39,231 bases of DNA, taken from positions 1-39,231 of the forward strand of contig JAUWGZ010000002.1 in assembly GCA_030606165.1 (NCBI GenBank), written 5' to 3'. The DNA is from Dehalococcoidia bacterium (GTDB lineage: Bacteria > Chloroflexota > Dehalococcoidia > GIF9 > AB-539-J10). The stretch's first letter is position 1, and each line of letters begins with the position of its first letter. Below the pieces are notes generated by a model, which saw nothing but the letters and a program-made list of their open reading frames with translations, did not search any database and was not told the origin of the DNA. Both the position numbers and the translations under genes were made by a program. Shown here piece after piece: positions 8,988 to 16,530 of the stretch.

Positions 8988-11660
8988 ATGTCCGAAATAC
9001 CTAAAGCCTATGAGTCAGGCAAGATAGAAAAGAAGTGGTATGATTTCTGGCTCAAGCAAGGCTATTTTTCTCCTAAAATAGACCCCAACAAGAAGCCTTT
9101 TGTCATTATTATGCCCCCTCCTAATGTTACCGGTGAACTCCACCTAGGGCATGCTCTGACCTCGGCACTGGAGGATATCATGGTCAGGTGGCACAGGATG
9201 AAAGGTGACCCCACCTTGTGGCTACCGGGGACCGACCATGCTGGCATTGCTACGCAAGTAGTGGTGGAGCAGCAACTGGCTAAACAAGGGCAAACTAAGG
9301 AGGAGATAGGCAGAGAGAATTTCACTAAGTTAACCTGGGAATGGGCTAACAAGAGCCGAGGAAATATCAGGCATCAACACCAGCTACTGGGAGCTTCATG
9401 TGATTGGACAAGGGAGAGGTTCACCCTGGATGAAGGCCCGAGCAAAGCAGTCCAGACTGCCTTCATGCGTTTGTACAATAAGGGGTTAATCTATCGTGGA
9501 GAGCGAATGATAAACTGGTGTCCCCGCTGCCAAACTGCCCTCTCCGACCTCGAAGTAGAACATAAAGATATTGTCGGACATCTTTATTATATTCGCTATC
9601 CTCTAACCGAAAATGAGGGCTTCGTCACCGTAGCTACTACCCGGCCGGAAACTTTTCTCGGCGACACGGCTGTGGCGGTAAATCCCGAAGATGAGCGCTA
9701 CAAGAATCTCATAGGCAAAAGTGTCACCCTCCCTATTATAGATAAGGAAATCCCCATAATCGCTGATGATGCTGTTGATACTTCTTTCGGCACCGGAGCA
9801 TTGAAGATAACTCCAGCCCATGACCCCACGGACTTCGAAGTAGCCCAGAGACATAATTTGCCACTGGTAAACATTATGGAGCCCAATGCTACTATGAACG
9901 AGAACGCCGGGCCCTATCAAGGATTGGAAAGGTTTGCCTGTCGAGATAAGGTATTAGCTGACCTGAAGGACAAAAAACTTTTGGAGAAAATCGAGCCCTA
10001 CTCTCATTCGGTAGGACATTGTGGTCGTTGCCAGACGATGATTGAACCCAAAGTCAGCCTGCAATGGTTTGTCCAAACACAGCCCTTAGCTAAAGCTGCC
10101 ATCGAGGCTGTTAAAGATGGCAGGGTCACTATAATTCCGGAACGCTTCGCCAAGATATATTTTGACTGGATGGAAAATATCAGGGATTGGTGTATCAGCC
10201 GACAACTATGGTGGGGACATCGCATCCCAGTATGGTACTGTCAGGACTGTGGCAAGTTAGTGGTATCGGTAGATGAACCGACAGCATGTATCCATTGTGG
10301 TTCGAAACAAATCATCCAAGACCCTGATGTCCTTGACACCTGGTTTAGCTCAGCACTATGGCCACATTCCACGCTGGGCTGGCCAGAGGACACTGAGGAC
10401 CTCCGCTATTTCTATCCCGGCTCGGTAATGGAAACTGGCTATGACATCCTTTTCTTCTGGGTCGCCAGGATGATTATGATGGGACTGGAGGATACTGGTG
10501 AGATACCTTTCCACACTGTTTACCTCCATGGCTTAATTCGCGATGAAAGCGGAGAAAAAATGAGCAAATTGCGAGGGAATGTTATAAACCCTGCCGAAGC
10601 TATAAGCAAGTATGGTGTTGATGCTCTCCGCTTTGCTCTAACTACTGGGACTTCACCGGGGAATGATATAAATCTGGGCAAAAGTAAATTGGAATCCAGC
10701 CGCAATTTTGTCAATAAATTGTGGAATGCCACTAGATTTATCCTTCGGAGCCTGGATGCTGAAAGGCTAGAAGTTCAGGCAATAGAGCTCCAACCGCAGA
10801 GAATAGAAGACCAATGGATTGATGGCCAGCTCAACAAGCTTGTAAAAAATGTTGCCGGGCTGATGGAAGAGTTCCAATTTGGTGAAGCAGAGCAGCAGAT
10901 TTACGATTTTGTCTGGTCAAAGTTCTGTGACTGGTATATTGAAATTGCTAAGATACGACTTCGCAGCCAATTAACCCCTTCACCTTCGCCCTTCCTGGCC
11001 AATACATTGGAAAAATCACTGCGTCTTTTGCATCCTTTCATGCCTTTCGTTACCGAGGAATTGTGGCAAAGTTTAAAGCAACATCTACCTGACAAAGACC
11101 AGATGCCGGCTTCCATAATGATAGCTCCCTATCCCCTCGCTGACGATAAGGCCTTTGCTCCAGAAGCAGAGCGGGTGATGGATTCCGTAATAGAGATTAT
11201 CCGCTCTATCCGTAACGTTCGGGCTCAATATAAGGTAAAGCCAAACAAATGGATTGAAGCCCAAGTTTATGCTGGTGAGCTTCTTTCGGGTCTTATCACA
11301 CAAGCGAATATAATAGAAACACTGGCTAAAGTTCAGCCCTTAACGATACTCGGTCGCCAGAAAAGAGAACCCACTAAAGATAAAGCCCTGGTTTTGGTAT
11401 TGAAAGAGGCTGAGGTAGTTTTGCCTTTGGCAGGCATGGTGGACCGGCTTGCTGAAGAACAACGACTGGTAAAGGAAAGCGAGGAAATCAAAGGAAGAAT
11501 GGCCCAACTTGAAGCCAGGCTAAGAGATAATGCCTTTTTAAGCAAAGCGCCATCTCAGGTTATTGAAAGAGAGAAACAAAAGCTTGCTATGCTCGAAGAT
11601 AAATTGAAAAGGTTACACCAAGAATTATCTCAACTGAGCTCACCGACAACCGATATGTAA
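8988..11660 (+). CDS. valS: Valine--tRNA ligase
   Basis: 890 aa. Class I HIGH motif (PNVTGELHLGHA), KMSKS motif (KMSKLRGN), CP1 editing domain and a C-terminal coiled coil. Confidence 0.95.
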   Translation: MSEIPKAYESGKIEKKWYDFWLKQGYFSPKIDPNKKPFVIIMPPPNVTGELHLGHALTSALEDIMVRWHRMKGDPTLWLPGTDHAGIATQVVVEQQLAKQGQTKEEIGRENFTKLTWEWANKSRGNIRHQHQLLGASCDWTRERFTLDEGPSKAVQTAFMRLYNKGLIYRGERMINWCPRCQTALSDLEVEHKDIVGHLYYIRYPLTENEGFVTVATTRPETFLGDTAVAVNPEDERYKNLIGKSVTLPIIDKEIPIIADDAVDTSFGTGALKITPAHDPTDFEVAQRHNLPLVNIMEPNATMNENAGPYQGLERFACRDKVLADLKDKKLLEKIEPYSHSVGHCGRCQTMIEPKVSLQWFVQTQPLAKAAIEAVKDGRVTIIPERFAKIYFDWMENIRDWCISRQLWWGHRIPVWYCQDCGKLVVSVDEPTACIHCGSKQIIQDPDVLDTWFSSALWPHSTLGWPEDTEDLRYFYPGSVMETGYDILFFWVARMIMMGLEDTGEIPFHTVYLHGLIRDESGEKMSKLRGNVINPAEAISKYGVDALRFALTTGTSPGNDINLGKSKLESSRNFVNKLWNATRFILRSLDAERLEVQAIELQPQRIEDQWIDGQLNKLVKNVAGLMEEFQFGEAEQQIYDFVWSKFCDWYIEIAKIRLRSQLTPSPSPFLANTLEKSLRLLHPFMPFVTEELWQSLKQHLPDKDQMPASIMIAPYPLADDKAFAPEAERVMDSVIEIIRSIRNVRAQYKVKPNKWIEAQVYAGELLSGLITQANIIETLAKVQPLTILGRQKREPTKDKALVLVLKEAEVVLPLAGMVDRLAEEQRLVKESEEIKGRMAQLEARLRDNAFLSKAPSQVIEREKQKLAMLEDKLKRLHQELSQLSSPTTDM

Positions 11661-11750
11661 ATACGAAATCCTGAACAATATAAAGCAACAACAACCAGAA
11701 TACTTTGAATTCATAGCATAGAAAATTTGAGTTTGTTTAAAGCTTAGAAA

Positions 11751-12446
11751 CTAGAATTCAGGATTTAACTCATGTGAAGAGTGGAGTGGCTTAGTTTTGA
11801 GTTCCAATATCTCATGCAACTTTGTCAGGGCTTTTTTGGTATCGCTAGCCACGCAGGATTTATCACGCCTTTTTATACGATATTTAAATAGCCAATAGGT
11901 AAATTCATTAAGCCCGCTCAGGCTTATAGACCTGAGCTGAGGATAATGTCTCTCTTTTCTAAACTGCTTCAAAAGGGCAAATTGAGTGGCACCATAAATG
12001 CTTTGGTAGGCCTCGTCGACTACTCCGTTATCGTTGTTCAAACCTAAAACTCTCTTTTTCTTTCGTATCTCTTCAGTTACAGCCAAAAAGAGAAATTTTT
12101 CCACAAGAATGCCATAGAAATAGTTGAGGTGAGCCTGGTATTTAGAAGCACCGATTATATTCTTAAACTCGTCTTTAGATAATTCTATCGGTGGTATACC
12201 GAAGAAGAGAAGATTGGCCCGCTCCTTTTCTGGAATAAGTCCATCGAGCTCTTCACATAACCTCTCTGCCAGAACTATCCAATCGAAGGCTTCGTTGTCA
12301 ACAAGATACTGATAATGTCGCCCGTCATAGTCCTCTTCAGGACTACGCCAGAGACGAATGGCTTCAAGAACAGCCACATACCAATTCTTGCCTTCAGCAA
12401 TAGCACTTTTCAGCCCTTGGATTGCCTGAGTATCTCGAGTAGACAC
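11751..12446 (-). CDS. Hypothetical protein, no recognisable family (231 aa from GTG 12446; 236 aa if GTG 12461)
   Basis: Long ORF with protein-like composition, convergent with valS. GGAGG at 12459-12455 sits 8 nt before the GTG at 12446. A TTGAGT-17-TATAAT promoter lies upstream. Confidence 0.55.
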   Translation of the reverse strand: MSTRDTQAIQGLKSAIAEGKNWYVAVLEAIRLWRSPEEDYDGRHYQYLVDNEAFDWIVLAERLCEELDGLIPEKERANLLFFGIPPIELSKDEFKNIIGASKYQAHLNYFYGILVEKFLFLAVTEEIRKKKRVLGLNNDNGVVDEAYQSIYGATQFALLKQFRKERHYPQLRSISLSGLNEFTYWLFKYRIKRRDKSCVASDTKKALTKLHEILELKTKPLHSSHELNPEF

Positions 12447-12480
12447 TCCAGCCACCTCCACAATTATTCCGGAAAACTAT

Positions 12481-12509
12481 ATTATATCTCCATCAGCCCA
12501 AAGACTCAA
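12481..12509 (-). promoter_or_regulatory. Putative promoter of the 231/236-aa orphan gene (-35 TTGAGT, 17 nt, -10 TATAAT on minus strand)
   Basis: The plus-strand sequence is attata at 12481-12486 and actcaa at 12504-12509. Confidence 0.4.
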
Positions 12510-12584
12510 GACGTAGTATGAGTTGGTTCTGTTCGGTTAGCGTTGGTAGAAAATTGGGTAGTGTATCATTTTGAAAGTGGGGTA

Positions 12585-12613
12585 TTGACAATACATTAAG
12601 GATGTGCTATATA
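12585..12613 (+). promoter_or_regulatory. Putative promoter of the NYN gene (-35 TTGACA, 17 nt, -10 TATATA)
   Basis: TTGACA at 12585-12590 and TATATA at 12608-12613. It is divergent from the orphan-gene promoter. Confidence 0.45.
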
Positions 12614-12627
12614 CAATATATAGCAAC

Positions 12628-12653
12628 CTCACAGAGAATTGAGTATCTGTGAG
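12628..12653 (+). promoter_or_regulatory. Perfect 8-bp inverted repeat (CTCACAGA, 10-nt spacer, TCTGTGAG) in the NYN leader; operator or RNA hairpin
   Basis: Read directly. It starts about 15 nt downstream of the predicted -10 element. Confidence 0.35.
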
Positions 12654-12657
12654 CAAC

Positions 12658-12688
12658 AAAAGGAGGCGGATAGCCTCTTTTTGTTATT
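12658..12688 (+). terminator. Terminator-like hairpin inside the NYN 5' leader (possible attenuator)
   Basis: AAAAGGAGGC, loop ggata, GCCTCTTTTT, followed by GTTATT. The GC core is 5 bp plus a G-U pair, flanked by A and T tracts. It lies about 40 nt upstream of the NYN ATG. Confidence 0.3.
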
Positions 12689-12724
12689 ATGGGGTTATTT
12701 TTAATAATTATATAATATAAAGCA

Positions 12725-13345
12725 ATGAACGAAGAGTATGATACAGAACGAGCTATGGTATTCGTTGATGGCAATAACTTATACCATAGCTTGAGGGAAA
12801 ATGACTGGAGAACGTGGACTGACATCGGTCTGTTAGCCGAGAGGTTGGCCGGCGATAGAACTCTAGTACACATTTATTACTATAATGCTCCTCCTCCAGG
12901 TAGTAAACCTCATACAGAAAAAGGTAATGCTTATCTTTCTCGTGTGAAAAGAACACCTAATCTTACATTCCGTTCTTCTTGGTTGCAGCCCACTAAAAAA
13001 GCCGATGAATACGGGGTGTATCAGTCATACAGAGAAAAGGGTTGCGATACGGCCATTGCTACTGATATGGTGTCTTTAGCGGCTAACGATGAGTATGACA
13101 TAGCCATAATTGTGGCGAGTGACGGAGATTATGCACCTGCTGCAAAGAAACTATGCGACTATGGCAAATCCGTTGAAGTAGTATATTTCCCTGGCCGTAA
13201 ACCTTTCATTATGGAAGAATACGCATTGATGAGAGCATTTCGGCCTGGTTACGCTATTCCGTATGACTACTCTGAACGCCCACCACGGAGGCCTACCGGC
13301 AAATCACGTAAGGAATCATACAGGAGAAATCGACGTAGAAGATAA
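12725..13345 (+). CDS. NYN (LabA-like) domain ribonuclease with arginine-rich C-terminal tail
   Basis: MVFVDGNNLYHSL, GCDTAIATDM and IIVASDGDYAPAAKKLCDYGKSVEVV match the NYN/LabA acidic-residue pattern. The tail reads RPPRRPTGKSRKESYRRNRRRR. The start is uncertain: ATG 12725 has no obvious SD, and the ATG about 30 nt downstream is an alternative. Confidence 0.8.
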   Translation: MNEEYDTERAMVFVDGNNLYHSLRENDWRTWTDIGLLAERLAGDRTLVHIYYYNAPPPGSKPHTEKGNAYLSRVKRTPNLTFRSSWLQPTKKADEYGVYQSYREKGCDTAIATDMVSLAANDEYDIAIIVASDGDYAPAAKKLCDYGKSVEVVYFPGRKPFIMEEYALMRAFRPGYAIPYDYSERPPRRPTGKSRKESYRRNRRRR

Positions 13346-13503
13346 AGGCCATTAATCGGCCAATTCTACTAAATCCTTTATAGTACAAATATGGTTAGTT
13401 AATCCAGTTGCCATTGCTGGCGTTCTCAGACATGGGTTAGCTAACGATTCAATTGAGCATTCTTTAGTGGGCTTTGTGCTAGTCTTCTTTGTGATAAAGA
13501 AAT

Positions 13504-13530
13504 CCCTACTTGAAACAGTAGGGTTCTTCT
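13504..13530 (+). terminator. Hairpin CCCTACT-tgaaac-AGTAGGG followed by TTCTTCT; likely terminator after the NYN gene
   Basis: A 7-bp perfect stem read directly. It also has a T-rich tail on the opposite strand. Confidence 0.35.
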
Positions 13531-13577
13531 GATATTATGAGTTGCAAAGAATATAGCGTATTTAAACTCTGCCTGCA

Positions 13578-13606
13578 ATTCTAAGTTACTGACATTAACT
13601 TAGAAT
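13578..13606. promoter_or_regulatory. Perfect 11-bp palindrome ATTCTAAGTTA, 7-nt spacer, TAACTTAGAAT upstream of the 262-aa/PIN bicistron; candidate autoregulatory operator
   Basis: Read directly. The right arm overlaps a -35-like TTAGAA that sits 16-17 nt before TATTAT (about 13624-13629). AAAGGAGGG and the ATG at 13660 follow. Confidence 0.45.
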
Positions 13607-13659
13607 GCCCTTCGTCAGCAGTTATTATATCACGTCTGCAAAAGGAGGGCAAGTTCAAG

Positions 13660-14448
13660 ATGAACAGCAGTACTATTTCAAAAAGCTTCATAGAGGTTAG
13701 CTTTTCAGGCGAGGGTATCAAACCAGACTCCGTAAAGGCTAGTGACATTGCAGATATTCTCAACGCTGTGGAGGATATGGTTGAGTCTCAAGTCTTTCGA
13801 GACCACCCTGAAATTGACAAGGAACAAGTCATTCTTGGTTTTGTTAATATAAAGTCAGATAGTGTTGACCTCCAATTTGTTTCTCCTATTCAGGAAATAG
13901 TGTTTCCTATATTCCGAAGCATTGGGCAAGCCGTAAAAACCAATGATTATAAGGACTTGCCTACAAGCTCTATAGATGCACTTGACACAATAGTGTCATT
14001 CTCACGTAAAAAACAGTGTATTGCCGAATTTGTGACCAACAATGGACATCGTGAAGTTCTTGCAACGATTACACCAAAAACCACACTGGAAAGACGTGCG
14101 AGATTATCTGGTGAAACTACAATATACGGTCAGGTCGTGAGGGTAGGGGGTAGAGACCCAAGGGCTATGGTAGAGTTGCTTAATGGTCAAACAGTATTTT
14201 GCGATACAAATGAAGCTATAGCTAAGAAACTTGGTAGTAGGCTCTATACTATTGTTGGTTTATTTGGAATGGCACGATGGGACGATGAATCATTAAAGTT
14301 AGAACAATTCACGATAAAAGACATTACACCCTATGAAGAATTGCCATTGGAAGACGTTATGAGCCAATTAGCTAAGGCTGTAGGTGTGTATTATAGGGAT
14401 GTAACTGACGTAGAAAAGTATATTTCCGACATCAGGGGTAAGGTTTAA
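13660..14448 (+). CDS. Hypothetical 262-aa protein, no family recognised; upstream partner of the PIN nuclease
   Basis: AGGAGG-type RBS and protein-like composition. Its stop lies 7 nt before the PIN ATG, giving an operonic pair. Confidence 0.7.
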   Translation: MNSSTISKSFIEVSFSGEGIKPDSVKASDIADILNAVEDMVESQVFRDHPEIDKEQVILGFVNIKSDSVDLQFVSPIQEIVFPIFRSIGQAVKTNDYKDLPTSSIDALDTIVSFSRKKQCIAEFVTNNGHREVLATITPKTTLERRARLSGETTIYGQVVRVGGRDPRAMVELLNGQTVFCDTNEAIAKKLGSRLYTIVGLFGMARWDDESLKLEQFTIKDITPYEELPLEDVMSQLAKAVGVYYRDVTDVEKYISDIRGKV

Positions 14449-14455
14449 GAACCGA

Positions 14456-14953
14456 ATGAATTTAGTTTGCTTCGATAATCATGTTCTAGTATGGGGTATT
14501 AAGGAACAAGCAACTCCTGGGCAGGAAGATATGATACCACGCACAAAGGCATTCATTAGTAAATTACAAAACGATAAAATACATGTCCTGATACCCTCTG
14601 TTGTCGTTGCTGAATTTCTAATGCCTATTCCCCCAAATATGCATGCCACTGTAATAAATTTATTTGATAGGGGTTTTGTTGTAGCTCCATTTGATACAGC
14701 GGCTGCTAGTCAATTTGCCAAGATTTGGCTATCTAAGAAGGGACAGGAACTTGCAAATAACCTAGTTAAGAATGGCGCAACCAGAGCTGAATTAAAGATA
14801 GATAGCTTAATTGTGGCTACCGCTATTTCACAAAAGGCTGAATGTATCTATAGCCACGATGCCGGAGTGAGAGCATTTGCACAAGATTATATTGAGGTAA
14901 AAGAAATCCCCTTTATCCCCCTACAGATAAATATGCCAACAGAAAAGAGTTAG
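14456..14953 (+). CDS. PIN-domain nuclease (VapC-like toxin candidate)
   Basis: 165 aa. The four acidic PIN positions are recognisable: D7 (CFDNHVL), E53 (VVVAEFL), D116 (KIDSLIVATAI) and D135 (YSHD). Confidence 0.75.
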   Translation: MNLVCFDNHVLVWGIKEQATPGQEDMIPRTKAFISKLQNDKIHVLIPSVVVAEFLMPIPPNMHATVINLFDRGFVVAPFDTAAASQFAKIWLSKKGQELANNLVKNGATRAELKIDSLIVATAISQKAECIYSHDAGVRAFAQDYIEVKEIPFIPLQINMPTEKS

Positions 14954-14991
14954 CATTTATTCCACCTTTTTGAGCAGCATTCCTTGCTATC

Positions 14992-15126
14992 TTATTTCTT
15001 TTCAAAACGAGTCTTGCCACCTTTTAAACCACCTAACCTACCAAGTGCAACAGCATGAGGATTCTTCCCATTGATTAACGCTGGCTCTGTTTGCTTGGGT
15101 TCAAGCTCAATAGGTCTTGACAGGTT
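14992..15126 (-). pseudogene. Start-less 44-codon remnant ending ...NGKNPHAVALGRLGGLKGGKTRFEKK*
   Basis: The open frame is bounded by a stop at 15127-15129 and has no ATG, GTG or TTG. The AVALGRLGG-KGGK motif recalls small basic ORFs common in mobile or TA-rich regions; this is from memory, not searched. Confidence 0.3.
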
Positions 15127-15193
15127 TTATAGTGTTTTCTTTATTTTTCATTATCAGCTAAAATCGAACAGAACCTATGAATTCTAACGTAAA

Positions 15194-15223
15194 TTGACAG
15201 TGCCCATTTTTCTAGGCTATTAT
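15194..15223 (+). promoter_or_regulatory. Promoter of the GreA-like gene (-35 TTGACA, 18 nt, -10 TATTAT)
   Basis: TTGACA at 15194-15199 and TATTAT at 15218-15223. Only 7 nt separate the -10 element from the TTG start at 15231. Confidence 0.4.
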
Positions 15224-15230
15224 CTACTTC

Positions 15231-16049
15231 TTGGTGGAAAACACCTCTGCGCACAATCCGACACTTACTGAAGCAGCTGACGCTTTCCTATCAAATTTAC
15301 CGCCGGAAGAAAGGGTAAAAACACAGGCAGAGATATCTAAATTCGCCAGATGGCTTGGCTTATCCAGGCAAGTAAAGGACGTTAGCCCTGTAGATGTGGC
15401 TAGCTATGGTGAACACATTATCCCATCGGCAGTCAAACCCCTCAGGTCTTTTCTTACGTACATCCGGAAAAAGAGATTCAGCAGCATAAATTTAGCTCCT
15501 CACCTCAGGGCGAAAAAAACTTCTTCAAAAACAGTCGCCGTTCGGCAAAGTGGTCAGGTCCAGGCTACCCTAACTGCACAAGGCTACGCAAAATTAGAGA
15601 AGGAATTAGCCAACCTGAAAAATCAACGCTCCCAAGTTATTGATGAGATACAAAAGGCAGCCGCTGACAAGGACTTCCGAGAAAATGCCCCCCTGGCAGC
15701 AGCTAGAGAGCGTAAGGCATATTCGGAAGGAAGAATTAAGGAGATAGAGTCAATCTTAAATCGGGCGCAGATAGTGGGGGAAGACCAGGACACATCCAAG
15801 GCAAAATTCGGAGACACAGTAGTGCTTCGTGATTTATCCTCAGGTAAAGAATCCAGCTATACTCTAGTCGATCCCCGAGAGGCAAATCCAGCCAAGGGTA
15901 AACTTTCTGTTGCTTCCCCCCTGGGCAAAGCAATCCTGGATAAAGAAAAGGGGCAAACAGTTGAAGTTATCGCTCCTGCTGGTACCTTCTGCTGCCGCAT
16001 TGAAGACATTTTGGCCCTCTCAACGGAAAGAAAAGCCAGCCCGCAGTGA
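15231..16049 (+). CDS. GreA/GreB-family transcript cleavage factor with ~110-aa N-terminal extension
   Basis: Residues ~113-260 show a GreA coiled coil (LTAQGYAKLEKELANLK...DFRENAPLAAARERK) and a C-terminal globular domain (KFGDTVVLRD...VASPLGKAILDKEKGQTVEV). The N-terminal ~110 aa are extra. TTG or GTG start. Confidence 0.85.
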   Translation: MVENTSAHNPTLTEAADAFLSNLPPEERVKTQAEISKFARWLGLSRQVKDVSPVDVASYGEHIIPSAVKPLRSFLTYIRKKRFSSINLAPHLRAKKTSSKTVAVRQSGQVQATLTAQGYAKLEKELANLKNQRSQVIDEIQKAAADKDFRENAPLAAARERKAYSEGRIKEIESILNRAQIVGEDQDTSKAKFGDTVVLRDLSSGKESSYTLVDPREANPAKGKLSVASPLGKAILDKEKGQTVEVIAPAGTFCCRIEDILALSTERKASPQ

Positions 16050-16185
16050 CCTTAGGAACTGACGGGTACAAATGAGGAAGACGGGACTTAAGCTACACTA
16101 ATCCTCGTCAGCTTTGCTTGCGAAAAGATTTTAAAGTTTGTTGATCCACCTGCCATATGGCATAATGAATTAAGCCACAAGAAGC

Positions 16186-16277
16186 GGAGGGATCGCATAG
16201 TGGTCTAGTGCGGGCGCCTGCTAAGCGCTTACTCCGAGTTATCGGGGTCGAGGGTTCGAATCCCTCTCCCTCCGCCA
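16186..16277 (+). tRNA. tRNA-Ser (anticodon GCU), long variable arm, encoded CCA
   Basis: Cloverleaf folded by hand. Acceptor stem GGAGGGA/TCCCTCC, D-stem GCA/TGC, anticodon stem GGCGC/GCGCT with loop CTGCTAA, long variable arm, T-arm GAGGG-TTCGAAT-CCCTC, discriminator G, then CCA. Confidence 0.9.
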
Positions 16278-16530
16278 CCATTGAGATTCGCCCTTCTCAA
16301 GCAAAGTTGAGAAACGCTGGGATATTTCCTTTGAAGGTGTGGAGAGGGTCGCTAAGCTTCTCGAGTAGGTGACATTATATAGCGCAAAGCTCAAATTCTA
16401 AAGAGCACAAAAAATTCCAGGGCTGGCATATTGACACACACAGTAAAGGCAAATAAACTGTCTGCAACAAGGTCATAGAAATCCGGAGGAAATGTCAGCC
16501 CTTTGACATACTACCACTAGTTGTACCACG

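Noticed and set aside
11665-11766. A 10-bp inverted repeat AAATCCTGAA and TTCAGGATTT bracketing the valS/orphan-gene convergent spacer.
   Set aside because: The arms are about 80 nt apart, AT-rich and short, and the right arm lies inside the coding end of the orphan gene. This is compatible with chance and does not form a convincing terminator or element boundary.
12689-12715. An 8-codon ORF (MGLFLIII*) in the NYN leader, considered as a possible leader peptide.
   Set aside because: There is no SD at a functional distance. The ORF is too short and too AT-driven to distinguish from chance. It is kept only as part of the leader description.
16492-16506. A mini-ORF ATG-TCA-GCC-CTT-TGA in frame with the MocA-like gene, considered as possible selenocysteine, readthrough or an upstream start.
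   Set aside because: GGAGG is only 2 nt from this ATG, which is too close. The MocA family normally begins right at M-I-x-A-I-L-L-A-A-G. No SECIS-like context was seen.
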